Positions 1 to 7,603 of a stretch of DNA of 64,000 nt are shown here, in pieces (within the stretch, counting starts at the first letter, position 1; every line of letters starts with the position of its first letter). The notes below the pieces were generated by a model. It was not told the DNA's origin. It was given only the letters and a program-made list of their open reading frames with translations, and did not search any database. The stretch is from a virus (taxonomy: Duplodnaviria > Caudoviricetes), in IMG/VR virus record IMGVR_UViG_3300045938_000125, positions 4,721 through 68,720 of that record; one strand, given 5' to 3'. Position numbers and translations under genes: made by a program.

Positions 1-1
1 C

Positions 2-268
2 CGCTTCGACCGCAAGACGGTGGAGAAGTGGGTGAAGGAAGGCCGCTGGGACACTGCGGGCAAGCGCGCCTACCTGCCGGCCTACGACTTCTGCGGCCGC
101 CTGCGCTTCAAGCGCGCCGACGTGGAGGCCTTCGGGCTGGGCGTGGGCGTGCTGGCCTGCACGCTGCCCGGCGAGCGGCCCGAGCCCACCAAAGCGGCCC
201 CGGCCACTAAGAAACCCAAGAAATCTACTACCCCGTTGGCGTCGGAAGCGGCGCTGAAGGTGGCTTAA
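2..268 (+). CDS. Excisionase-like HTH DNA-binding protein (5' truncated by window)
   Basis: Frame is open from base 2: RFDRKTVEKWVKEG...LRFKRADVEAF, a MerR/HTH_17-like pattern; heads the early operon. Confidence 0.6.
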   Translation, partial: RFDRKTVEKWVKEGRWDTAGKRAYLPAYDFCGRLRFKRADVEAFGLGVGVLACTLPGERPEPTKAAPATKKPKKSTTPLASEAALKVA

Positions 269-293
269 TCAATCACCCTTTCCAGCTCACAAC

Positions 294-560
294 ATGGACG
301 TTACCTCTGTCACCATCGACGAGTTTTTTCAACTCGATATCCCCCACCACAAAGAGGCGCTGCGCTGCTTCGACCTGGCCATCAATCCGCTCATCGAGCG
401 GCTGGCCGGCCAGCCCGATAAGGAAACGGCCGCCTACGATGCCGAGCGCGACCGCCTCTGCACCCTGCTCACCCTGCGCAAGGTACACGAGGCCCGCCTG
501 CTCGAACTGATGGCGGATGCTGAAAACGCTGATTCCCAACCGCTCCAACAAGCTGCCTGA
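294..560 (+). CDS. Hypothetical phage protein
   Basis: ATG after a CA-rich leader; coupled to the next ORF. Confidence 0.7.
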   Translation: MDVTSVTIDEFFQLDIPHHKEALRCFDLAINPLIERLAGQPDKETAAYDAERDRLCTLLTLRKVHEARLLELMADAENADSQPLQQAA

Positions 561-895
561 TGCCAGTTATCAAAATTTACACCTCGACGCAGGCGTGCCC
601 GCCGGCGCTCGACCTGGCCCTCCGCCTGCGGGCGCAGGGCCACCAGGTGCGCTCGCTGAGCGAGCTGCCCACCCCGCGCCCTGGGCGCCTGTACTCGCTC
701 CAACTGGAGCTGGCCGGCTTGCAGCAGGACGAGCGCACCATCCGCTGGGTGCTGAGCCAGTACGCCGAGGGTCGGCGGCTGCCCGATGCCGCCCGCGAGC
801 GCGATTTGCGGTCTGATTTGGAAGTAACGCTCTGGCAGATAGAGAATGTAACTACTTGGCTGGGCGCGTTGAAAGGAGGGCCGCGTCTTGGCTAG
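560..895 (+). CDS. Hypothetical phage protein
   Basis: TGATG coupling, operon position. Confidence 0.65.
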   Translation: MPVIKIYTSTQACPPALDLALRLRAQGHQVRSLSELPTPRPGRLYSLQLELAGLQQDERTIRWVLSQYAEGRRLPDAARERDLRSDLEVTLWQIENVTTWLGALKGGPRLG

Positions 896-1193
896 TACGA
901 AGTATATCATCTCTTTCTGGATTAATAAGAAGGAGCAAGAAAATTTCGCGGCAGCTGTCCGCAAATACAACAACCGGGAGACGTTATCGCACACCTATCA
1001 GGTCGAGATAATGGGTCAGCGGGAAATTACAGCTGGGTCCGAGAAATACAGCCAGGACTACATAGATGTGGATTTGGCCTGCACCGACGCGCTGGCGCTG
1101 TTCAAGTTCGGGGAATTCTGGGGCAACAAAACGATGCAACGCTGGGAGCGCGAGCACCGGGAGCAAACGAAGGGAGGGCTTAGCAATGGCTGA
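888..1193 (+). CDS. Hypothetical phage protein
   Basis: Overlapping operon ORF, lower GC. Confidence 0.6.
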   Translation: MASTKYIISFWINKKEQENFAAAVRKYNNRETLSHTYQVEIMGQREITAGSEKYSQDYIDVDLACTDALALFKFGEFWGNKTMQRWEREHREQTKGGLSNG

Positions 1194-1500
1194 TTGGACC
1201 AAAGCCGTCTTCCTGGGCGAGTCGTCGCCCGGTGGGCCGCAGCAGTGGCAAGTGTATCAGATTCAGGTGAACACGCCGGGGCAATTATACCCCTATCAGG
1301 TGCTTATCCAGGAACTCCCAGGCTGCACTGATGAATACCTCGACTTGGCGCGGGTGCAGCAGGAGTGGCAGCTTGACAGGCCGCCCGGCCCGCCCCGAGC
1401 AGCGGGGCTCAGCGCGGAAGAGGCTGATGATTTCTACCAGAATGGCCATCCGCTAGACGGCACGTTCTCAGACTTAGGAGAGGACCATGATGATATCTAA
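1186..1500 (+). CDS. Hypothetical phage protein
   Basis: ATG at 1186 overlaps the previous stop; acidic C-terminus. Confidence 0.6.
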   Translation: MADWTKAVFLGESSPGGPQQWQVYQIQVNTPGQLYPYQVLIQELPGCTDEYLDLARVQQEWQLDRPPGPPRAAGLSAEEADDFYQNGHPLDGTFSDLGEDHDDI

Positions 1501-1579
1501 CCCTCTCCACTGGTGGCGTGCCCGCCTAAGCGGCGCGGCCCTACTCGCCGCCCTGGTCGCGGCCCTGAGCATCACCTAG
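1487..1579 (+). CDS. Small hydrophobic peptide (30 aa)
   Basis: MMISNPLHWWRARLSGAALLAALVAALSIT; overlaps the previous stop; below the ORF-track cutoff. Confidence 0.35.
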   Translation: MMISNPLHWWRARLSGAALLAALVAALSIT

Positions 1580-1631
1580 TACTAGGGTGCCGCCCGGCCC
1601 CGCTACTACTCATTCCTTTTCCCACCGCTAT

Positions 1632-1892
1632 ATGTCCCAAGTTCTCAATAAAACCGCCCCACCCGCTACGCCCGTCGATGGCACGCTGGCGGGCCTTTAT
1701 CTCTATTTGCTGCTGGTATTCGGCCCCATCGGGCTCAAGCTGGCCGGACTTACCCGCGTGGCCGCCTGGTCGTGGTGGAAGGTAACGGCCCTGCTCTGGC
1801 TGCCCTGGGGGATGCTGGCGGTGTTTAGCCTGCTAGGCTGGCTGCTCCATCGCCGGCGGTCGCCGCAGCAGCCAGCACCGCTTGATGAGTGA
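1632..1892 (+). CDS. Small phage membrane protein
   Basis: LKLAGLT..WSWWKV..LLWLPW motif with two hydrophobic segments, common in phage early regions. Confidence 0.65.
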   Translation: MSQVLNKTAPPATPVDGTLAGLYLYLLLVFGPIGLKLAGLTRVAAWSWWKVTALLWLPWGMLAVFSLLGWLLHRRRSPQQPAPLDE

Positions 1893-2082
1893 GCTGCCCA
1901 CCTGGCCCGCGCTCTTCACGCCCCCGGCCGAGCTGCTGGGCTGGCTCGATGAGCAGAGCCGCCTGCACCAGCGCGACCCAGTGCGGCGCAAGCATTTGCT
2001 TACTCTGCGCTGGCTGCTGCTGGCCGAGTTAGACCGCACGGCCCCCGAGCGGCCGGCTAAACCTGATTCCTGTATTTTGTAA
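1885..2082 (+). CDS. Hypothetical phage protein
   Basis: Overlapping operon ORF. Confidence 0.5.
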   Translation: MSELPTWPALFTPPAELLGWLDEQSRLHQRDPVRRKHLLTLRWLLLAELDRTAPERPAKPDSCIL

Positions 2083-2093
2083 CTGATTGATTT

Positions 2094-2369
2094 ATGCCAA
2101 TTTATAAATTAACCTACACTGTCACAATGCCTGGCAGCACAGGGAAACCTGAAAAATTCAGAACGAAAATCACCGCAGCTAATGCTGCTGAGGCAAAGGT
2201 GAAGCTGCACCGCATCGTGCAGGAGAAGGTAATGACAACTTTCGATTCGTGCGAAGAGGATAAACCTGACTTGCCCGAGGCAATTAAAGACCTATTCGAA
2301 GCGGCCGATATAATGGCCCGGTCTGAGAGGCTGCGAGCCAAATACGGGCTTGCTCCTGACAAGAAATAA
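2094..2369 (+). CDS. Hypothetical phage protein
   Basis: ATG start, lower GC than flanks. Confidence 0.6.
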   Translation: MPIYKLTYTVTMPGSTGKPEKFRTKITAANAAEAKVKLHRIVQEKVMTTFDSCEEDKPDLPEAIKDLFEAADIMARSERLRAKYGLAPDKK

Positions 2370-2635
2370 CACCTGCCCCGTCCCAAGTGGGAGAAGCTGC
2401 GCCCTGGGTGGGAATCCGGTGCGCTTTGCCGGCCGCGAGGCCGGACGGGGCGCTATTGCCTAATTTTTAAAGAGGAATCTTGAAAAATTAAGCAATTGTT
2501 TATCAATAGTATAGCTCCTTCCTTTTGGGAGGCTAGGCCGCGCTTTGCCCTAAAATCAGGGTAACGCGCCCTTGCTGGTTTCGCCGCCAGACGGAGCGCA
2601 CAGGGCCTGCACGCAGGTTCGGCCGGAGGTGGATT

Positions 2636-4009
2636 TTGGGCTGCCCATACCGCCCCGGCCACATTCTTTCTCTTTTCCACCCTCAACTCGCCCCTAGCTT
2701 GTTGCCGCTACCCTACACCCAACGCTCCGCGTTCGGCAAATTCGCCGCTTACCTCAAAAAGCTGCAATCCGAACTGCCCACGCAGCTGCGCACCCGTACC
2801 ATCAAAGGCACGCCGCAGCACTACCTCGTGCGGCCCAAAGCCATCAGTGATGGTGCGCAGGCCACGGCCCGCCTGCTGCTCGTCTGGGGCATCGATGCCG
2901 TGGAGCAGCTGCGCCGCGTGCCCTTCTTGCTGGAAGGAGCCACCGATGAAGCCCCGACGCATCGCACCCCGCCGCCAGTGGCCACCAACAGCGAGGCGCT
3001 GGCCCGCGCCCGCAACGTCTCGTCACGTGCTATCCGCGACCACCTGCAGGAGCTGCTAAAAATCGGTTTCATTACCCGCAAGGTTGGTCACGGCTGGCAA
3101 GCCAATTACGAGCTCTACTTAGCACCGGAGTTCGTGTGGAAAAAAGACGCTCAGGAGGCCCAAAATGGGCCTAAAAAACGCCAATACGCGCCTTCGCCAG
3201 CTTCGGCCCCAGCAACAAAAGTTCCACCTTTTGTATCACTGGAAAAACAGGATAAAGTAGAAATAGAAATTGCCCATGTGGAAAAGTTAGTTTCTCGACC
3301 GGCGGGGGACGTTTTGACTGGCAACACAGGGCCGCAGGCACAACCCCGGCCGGCTCCCACAGCCCCTGCAACGTCCCCCCAGGCGACGAAATCAGGCTCA
3401 GGGGGCGCGGCGGCCGCCGAACTGCAAGCCGAGCGCCTGGGCTGGGTAACGCAAGCCTGGCACTACGCCTGGAAACGGCTCTACCCGACCCGCCGATTTG
3501 ATGAAGTGGAGCAGGGCAAAGCCCTGGAAGCCATGTGGTATGGCACGTACTATGGCTTCGGCAAGCGCTTAACGCCGGTCGAGTGGCAACGCTACCACGA
3601 CCAGGTTTTGCAGCGCATCGACTTGGCGGCAGCCTACTTCGCACGGCACGATAACAAGTTTGTACCCAGCCCTTTTGCTGAATTTGTCAAGGGTGCCGGC
3701 TACTTCGATGCCGAAAATAGCCGCGGCTTCAGCGGCACCGAAGCCTGGCACGCTCGCCAGGAGGCCAACAACCGCCAGCGCAACATCACCCGTGCCCTAC
3801 TAAAAGCCCGGCAACAGCTTAAAGCCCACCGGCTTGGCATAGCCCCCAAACGCACCCAGACCATGAGCGGGGTGCAATTATTCCGCTACCACGAGACGAA
3901 GCTGCGCGCCCTGGGGCCGGATGCCCTGCAACGCTACTACGACCAGGTGGCCAACCCCACCCGGCCGCTCACTACTCCCTTTTCCTTCACCCGTCCAGTT
4001 ACCGCCTAG
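2636..4009 (+). CDS. Putative replication initiator / HTH protein (start uncertain, probably TTG 2699 or 2702)
   Basis: Winged-HTH-like segment SEALARARNVSSRAIRDHLQELLKIGFITRK..G...NYELYL; position in early operon; AT-rich internal patch at ~3170-3300. Confidence 0.6.
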   Translation: MGCPYRPGHILSLFHPQLAPSLLPLPYTQRSAFGKFAAYLKKLQSELPTQLRTRTIKGTPQHYLVRPKAISDGAQATARLLLVWGIDAVEQLRRVPFLLEGATDEAPTHRTPPPVATNSEALARARNVSSRAIRDHLQELLKIGFITRKVGHGWQANYELYLAPEFVWKKDAQEAQNGPKKRQYAPSPASAPATKVPPFVSLEKQDKVEIEIAHVEKLVSRPAGDVLTGNTGPQAQPRPAPTAPATSPQATKSGSGGAAAAELQAERLGWVTQAWHYAWKRLYPTRRFDEVEQGKALEAMWYGTYYGFGKRLTPVEWQRYHDQVLQRIDLAAAYFARHDNKFVPSPFAEFVKGAGYFDAENSRGFSGTEAWHARQEANNRQRNITRALLKARQQLKAHRLGIAPKRTQTMSGVQLFRYHETKLRALGPDALQRYYDQVANPTRPLTTPFSFTRPVTA

Positions 4010-4011
4010 CC

Positions 4012-4281
4012 ATGAGCTACACCCGCTCTGCCTCTGTGCAAAAGTTTGTTGATAACGCCCTGACCAAGCTGCTGGTCTACTTCCTCGACGGCAACGTGCG
4101 CACCTGGTATGGTCGCAGCAATATCCGCGAGGGCCGCGTGGCGGCCGACCCCCGGGCGGTCGAAATCAAGCGCCACGAGCGCTGGGTGGCCAAAGAGGCC
4201 TCCAGAATCAAAGTGGCGATGCTCTACGACATGACCACGGGCCAGGAAGTCGCTCGCTTCAAGAAAGGCGAGTGGGTATGA
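4012..4281 (+). CDS. Hypothetical phage protein
   Basis: Operon ORF. Confidence 0.65.
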   Translation: MSYTRSASVQKFVDNALTKLLVYFLDGNVRTWYGRSNIREGRVAADPRAVEIKRHERWVAKEASRIKVAMLYDMTTGQEVARFKKGEWV

Positions 4282-4574
4282 ACCAGCCTTTTGATTATGA
4301 CCTTGCAACATCCCAGGGGCAGGAAAAATACCGCGTTGCCCTTGAGGAGCGAGCCACTACTTGGGCGGAAAACTTTGAGGAAGGCGGCGGCGGGGACGGT
4401 GAGCCATACGAACTGGGCCAAGGTCTTGACCTGTGGATAGATATAGTGGAGCGCTGGGATGACGAGTTCGACGGTGATGCGGTAAGCGACCAAGACGCAG
4501 CCAGGCAATTAGGCGTGTTGGTATGCAATCAGGCAATAGGAGCGCTAGTTCATAAGCGGCGGAGCCATAAATGA
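4278..4574 (+). CDS. Hypothetical acidic phage protein
   Basis: ATGA overlap with the previous stop. Confidence 0.6.
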   Translation: MNQPFDYDLATSQGQEKYRVALEERATTWAENFEEGGGGDGEPYELGQGLDLWIDIVERWDDEFDGDAVSDQDAARQLGVLVCNQAIGALVHKRRSHK

Positions 4575-4960
4575 AACTGCCCCACCTCGACCAGATAGTT
4601 CTGCTCGAGCGCGGCGAGGCCGGGCTACTGGCCCGGGCGGTGGCCGTGCTCGTGCAGGACGTGACCAATGCCAAGCACCCGGTGCCCTATCTGGAAATGC
4701 TCACTTTCACGCCCTTTTGCAACCTGGGCAAAAAGCTACTCCAGTATCACCGCCGCGAGCAGCTCACGCCCGCCCGGCCCAAGCGCTTCCCGAAGCCCAA
4801 GCAGCTGCGCGTGACTTACGACCAATTGGCCGCGCTGCACCACAACCGCTTTGCGCTGAATTACTGCAACCTCTCGGAAGAGGAAAACCTTCAGCTGCGG
4901 GCCATTCTCGGCAAGTTTCAGCAGAAGTCCCTCAACCTCAGTCAGTATATACGCTTTTAA
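4571..4960 (+). CDS. Hypothetical phage protein
   Basis: ATGA-type coupling. Confidence 0.65.
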   Translation: MKLPHLDQIVLLERGEAGLLARAVAVLVQDVTNAKHPVPYLEMLTFTPFCNLGKKLLQYHRREQLTPARPKRFPKPKQLRVTYDQLAALHHNRFALNYCNLSEEENLQLRAILGKFQQKSLNLSQYIRF

Positions 4961-4969
4961 AATCGAATC

Positions 4970-5374
4970 ATGATTAGTACCAACAAGAAAACCCTGCGCG
5001 AGCTGATTACCGAGTTGCAGCCTGGTAAGCACGTGGTGGCCTACGACCCCAAGCGCCCCGACAAGATTATCACCCAGTGCTTCCGAGTGAGCGAGCACGT
5101 GTACTACCTGACCGGGCCGGGATTTAATGACTTCACCCCTTTGCTAGTATTTCCAGGCATCGGGCCGCTCGGCACTTGGGAGCTAGAGAAGCTATTTGAG
5201 GCTGGCCGTGATGAAAATACCACGGAGGCGGAGATGGTAGACCTCATTAACCTTTTCATAAAAGACCATGGCGCCCATCGCGATGATATGGTCTTCACCT
5301 GCCGAACTGTGCCCGACGTGCTAGAGACGCTGGCCGGCCTCTTCGCTGCTTACTCACTTCCCTCTAAAGGCTAA
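4970..5374 (+). CDS. Hypothetical phage protein
   Basis: Operon ORF. Confidence 0.65.
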   Translation: MISTNKKTLRELITELQPGKHVVAYDPKRPDKIITQCFRVSEHVYYLTGPGFNDFTPLLVFPGIGPLGTWELEKLFEAGRDENTTEAEMVDLINLFIKDHGAHRDDMVFTCRTVPDVLETLAGLFAAYSLPSKG

Positions 5375-5384
5375 TTGCTCATTT

Positions 5385-5741
5385 ATGATTCGCTACGCCA
5401 AAGTTCTCGAAATAGACGATACACAATTCTTGGTTCGTCTTTGCCACCACCCTGCGCTGGCCAACATTCCCGGCGACAGTGATAAGCCCTGCGGCCTGCT
5501 CACTGTCGATACGGTTATTCCGGATGCGCCGCTGCGGCCGCATCTGATGCGCATGATTATTAATTGCCAGACGCCCCACTGGCAGCAGCTGTGCTTCGAT
5601 GTTTTCAACGAAGCAGATTGCCTCGAAGTCCTGGCCGTGCTGGTAAGGCAAAAAAATGGGGCGCTCTCGCCGGCCGACATGATGGATGCCGCGCTGCACC
5701 TGCAAGGGTCGCTCTTGACGCGCGTCGGGTATTCTACTTAA
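5385..5741 (+). CDS. Hypothetical phage protein
   Basis: Operon ORF. Confidence 0.6.
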   Translation: MIRYAKVLEIDDTQFLVRLCHHPALANIPGDSDKPCGLLTVDTVIPDAPLRPHLMRMIINCQTPHWQQLCFDVFNEADCLEVLAVLVRQKNGALSPADMMDAALHLQGSLLTRVGYST

Positions 5742-5749
5742 AAAGGTGC

Positions 5750-5868
5750 GGAAACTGTACCAGAAAAAGTATTCCCGGTTTTACCCCCGTTTTCGAGCCC
5801 GTCCGGGCACATTTTCACGCCCCGTTTTTGTAGGGGAGAAAGCACTAGCTTTTTATGGTACAGTTTCC
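5750..5868. repeat. 20-bp inverted repeat (19/20) flanking 79 bp; candidate recombination (res/invertible) site
   Basis: GGAAACTGTACCAGAAAAAG (5750-5769) vs reverse complement of 5849-5868 GGAAACTGTACCATAAAAAG; right copy contains the recombinase ATG. Confidence 0.8.
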
Positions 5869-6529
5869 CGTCATTTTCGCCCGCGTCTCCAAACTCACCC
5901 AGGACTGGGCGCGCCAGGTAGCCGACCTGGAGCCGGTGGCCGAGAGCCGGGGCTGGGGCGCTCCTTATATAATAAGTGAGAAGGGCAGCGCCAGCAAGCG
6001 CCGCAACTCGCAGCGCCCCGAGGTGCAGCAGCTGCGCGAGCTGGTGGCAGCCGGCAAAGTCAGCCACGTGCTCATTACCGAAGTCTCGCGCCTGAGCCGC
6101 TTGCCCTCGCAAGCCCACTTGCTGCTGGAGGAACTGACGGCGGCCGGCGTGAGCATCTACCTGCACCGCTACAACATCGAGACGCTGCTGCCTAACCGGA
6201 AGCTCAACCCCATCGCCTCGATGCTCTTTGCCCTCACGGCCGAGTTTGGGCGGGCCGAGACAGAAGACCGCGCCGACCGCATCCTCTCGGGCCAGGCCGA
6301 GGCCCGGCGCAAGGGCAAGCACCTGGGCCGGCCGGCTGGCACGAGTTTGGAAGATGAGGGTTTGCTAAAGAAGTGGCCGAAAATAGCTAAATTGCTTCGG
6401 GGTAATCGGTCGGTACGGGAAATTGCACAATTAGAGGAAGTGTCCGCTACTACGGTGCAAGCCGTGCGCGCTGCCTTAGTGCGCTCAGGTGCCCTTAGGG
6501 CCCGCAAAGCCGCTTCGGTTGCGTCCTAA
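5855..6529 (+). CDS. Small serine recombinase (resolvase/invertase family) with C-terminal HTH
   Basis: IFARVSK..QD..RQ catalytic-Ser motif, TEVSRLSR, ERILSGQAEARRKGKHLGRP, C-terminal HTH. Confidence 0.92.
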   Translation: MVQFPVIFARVSKLTQDWARQVADLEPVAESRGWGAPYIISEKGSASKRRNSQRPEVQQLRELVAAGKVSHVLITEVSRLSRLPSQAHLLLEELTAAGVSIYLHRYNIETLLPNRKLNPIASMLFALTAEFGRAETEDRADRILSGQAEARRKGKHLGRPAGTSLEDEGLLKKWPKIAKLLRGNRSVREIAQLEEVSATTVQAVRAALVRSGALRARKAASVAS

Positions 6530-6557
6530 TTACCACGCTACTGCGTTGGTAGTTTTG
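6522..6557 (+). promoter_or_regulatory. Prophage A late-type promoter copy 1
   Basis: CGTCCTAA-N20-TAGTTTTG (canonical Bacteroidota -7 box). Confidence 0.6.
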
Positions 6558-6581
6558 CCCTGCATTCCTTTTCTGCTATTT

Positions 6582-7094
6582 GTGAAAAACTCTACCGTTT
6601 ACGCTATTCCAGTGCTGCCGCACGTGCGGCAGTTTATGTTGAAAAAGTTTGGGGGAGCGCAGCCGCATCCGGTGCACCAGAACACGTTTATGGGCCGGGT
6701 GGTGCGCATGAAAGTAGAGAAGCAGCCCTTCCGGCAGCTAAACCGGACGGAGCAGCCCGAGGGCGCGGTGTACCTGCTGAGCCTGCCCACGGCGCTCAAG
6801 CACTACACCATCACAGCCACCTCGGCCAAGCAAATCGGCGAGATGTTCGATAAGCTCTTTCTGGAGCAAATGATAATGTTCGTGCTGGGCCAGGTGGTGG
6901 CCACGCAAAACGAGCGCCAGGCGCTGCGCTCTTTTTGCCAGCTCTACGACATCGACCCCTCCGATGCCGACCTGGAAGTACTGCGCAAATGCTACCGCGA
7001 TTATAAGGATAGAGTGCTGAAAGACAACGGTAGCTACGAGTTGCTCTATAACCCTGAGCAGCCGCTGTTCCGCGATTACGCGCAGCGTGATTAA
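6582..7094 (+). CDS. Hypothetical protein, candidate late-transcription regulator
   Basis: GTG start after promoter copy 1; sits at the early/late boundary; function is inference. Confidence 0.6.
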   Translation: MKNSTVYAIPVLPHVRQFMLKKFGGAQPHPVHQNTFMGRVVRMKVEKQPFRQLNRTEQPEGAVYLLSLPTALKHYTITATSAKQIGEMFDKLFLEQMIMFVLGQVVATQNERQALRSFCQLYDIDPSDADLEVLRKCYRDYKDRVLKDNGSYELLYNPEQPLFRDYAQRD

Positions 7095-7129
7095 GGCCTA
7101 TTAAGGGGTAAGGCCGGGGTGTTCCTTTG
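7094..7129 (+). promoter_or_regulatory. Prophage A late-type promoter copy 2
   Basis: AGGCCTAT-N20-TTCCTTTG, ATG at 7133. Confidence 0.5.
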
Positions 7130-7132
7130 AGT

Positions 7133-7603
7133 ATGGCAACACCCCTTCCTGATTTTATTGACTACTTCCGCCAGCTGGCGGCCGCGCACGTGGAGCTAAA
7201 AGGCTTCGCGCACGGCCCCGTTTCGCGCATCATTGGCGGCGCCCGCAGCGAGAACGAGTACCCGATGCTTTGGCTGGAAACGCCCACGCTGGGCCTGCTC
7301 GACAAGGACGGTACCGCGCCCTACGGGCAGCGCAGCTCGGCCGTCGTGATTCTGCAAAGCGTCTCCCGCGACGACTTTGCCGAGCAGGATGCGGGCTGGG
7401 CCCAGACTGAGCTTATTGCCCTCGACGTGCTGAGCCGGCTGCGCAAGGCCCACAAGGCGCGCGAAATTGACTTCGGCTCCTTCGATGGCTTGCAGCTCGA
7501 GGCGGTGGCTACGCTGAGCCTGGCTAACGAAATCGGCTGGCGCTTCGAGTTCAGCCTGGGTGACTTTGTCCCGCTTACCTACGATAAAACCTGCTGGCTA
7601 TGA
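7133..7603 (+). CDS. Putative tail terminator / tail completion protein
   Basis: Size, position and EYPMLWLE...GWRFEF pattern; counterpart of 54925..55395. Confidence 0.5.
   Translation: MATPLPDFIDYFRQLAAAHVELKGFAHGPVSRIIGGARSENEYPMLWLETPTLGLLDKDGTAPYGQRSSAVVILQSVSRDDFAEQDAGWAQTELIALDVLSRLRKAHKAREIDFGSFDGLQLEAVATLSLANEIGWRFEFSLGDFVPLTYDKTCWL

Noticed and set aside
2409-2432. Cobalamin riboswitch (GGGAATCCGGTG resemblance)
   Set aside because: The T-loop and downstream GCnACTG core are missing
5855-6529. Gin/Cin-type tail-fibre inversion system
   Set aside because: No inverted repeats or reverse-oriented fibre cassettes seen around either fibre gene
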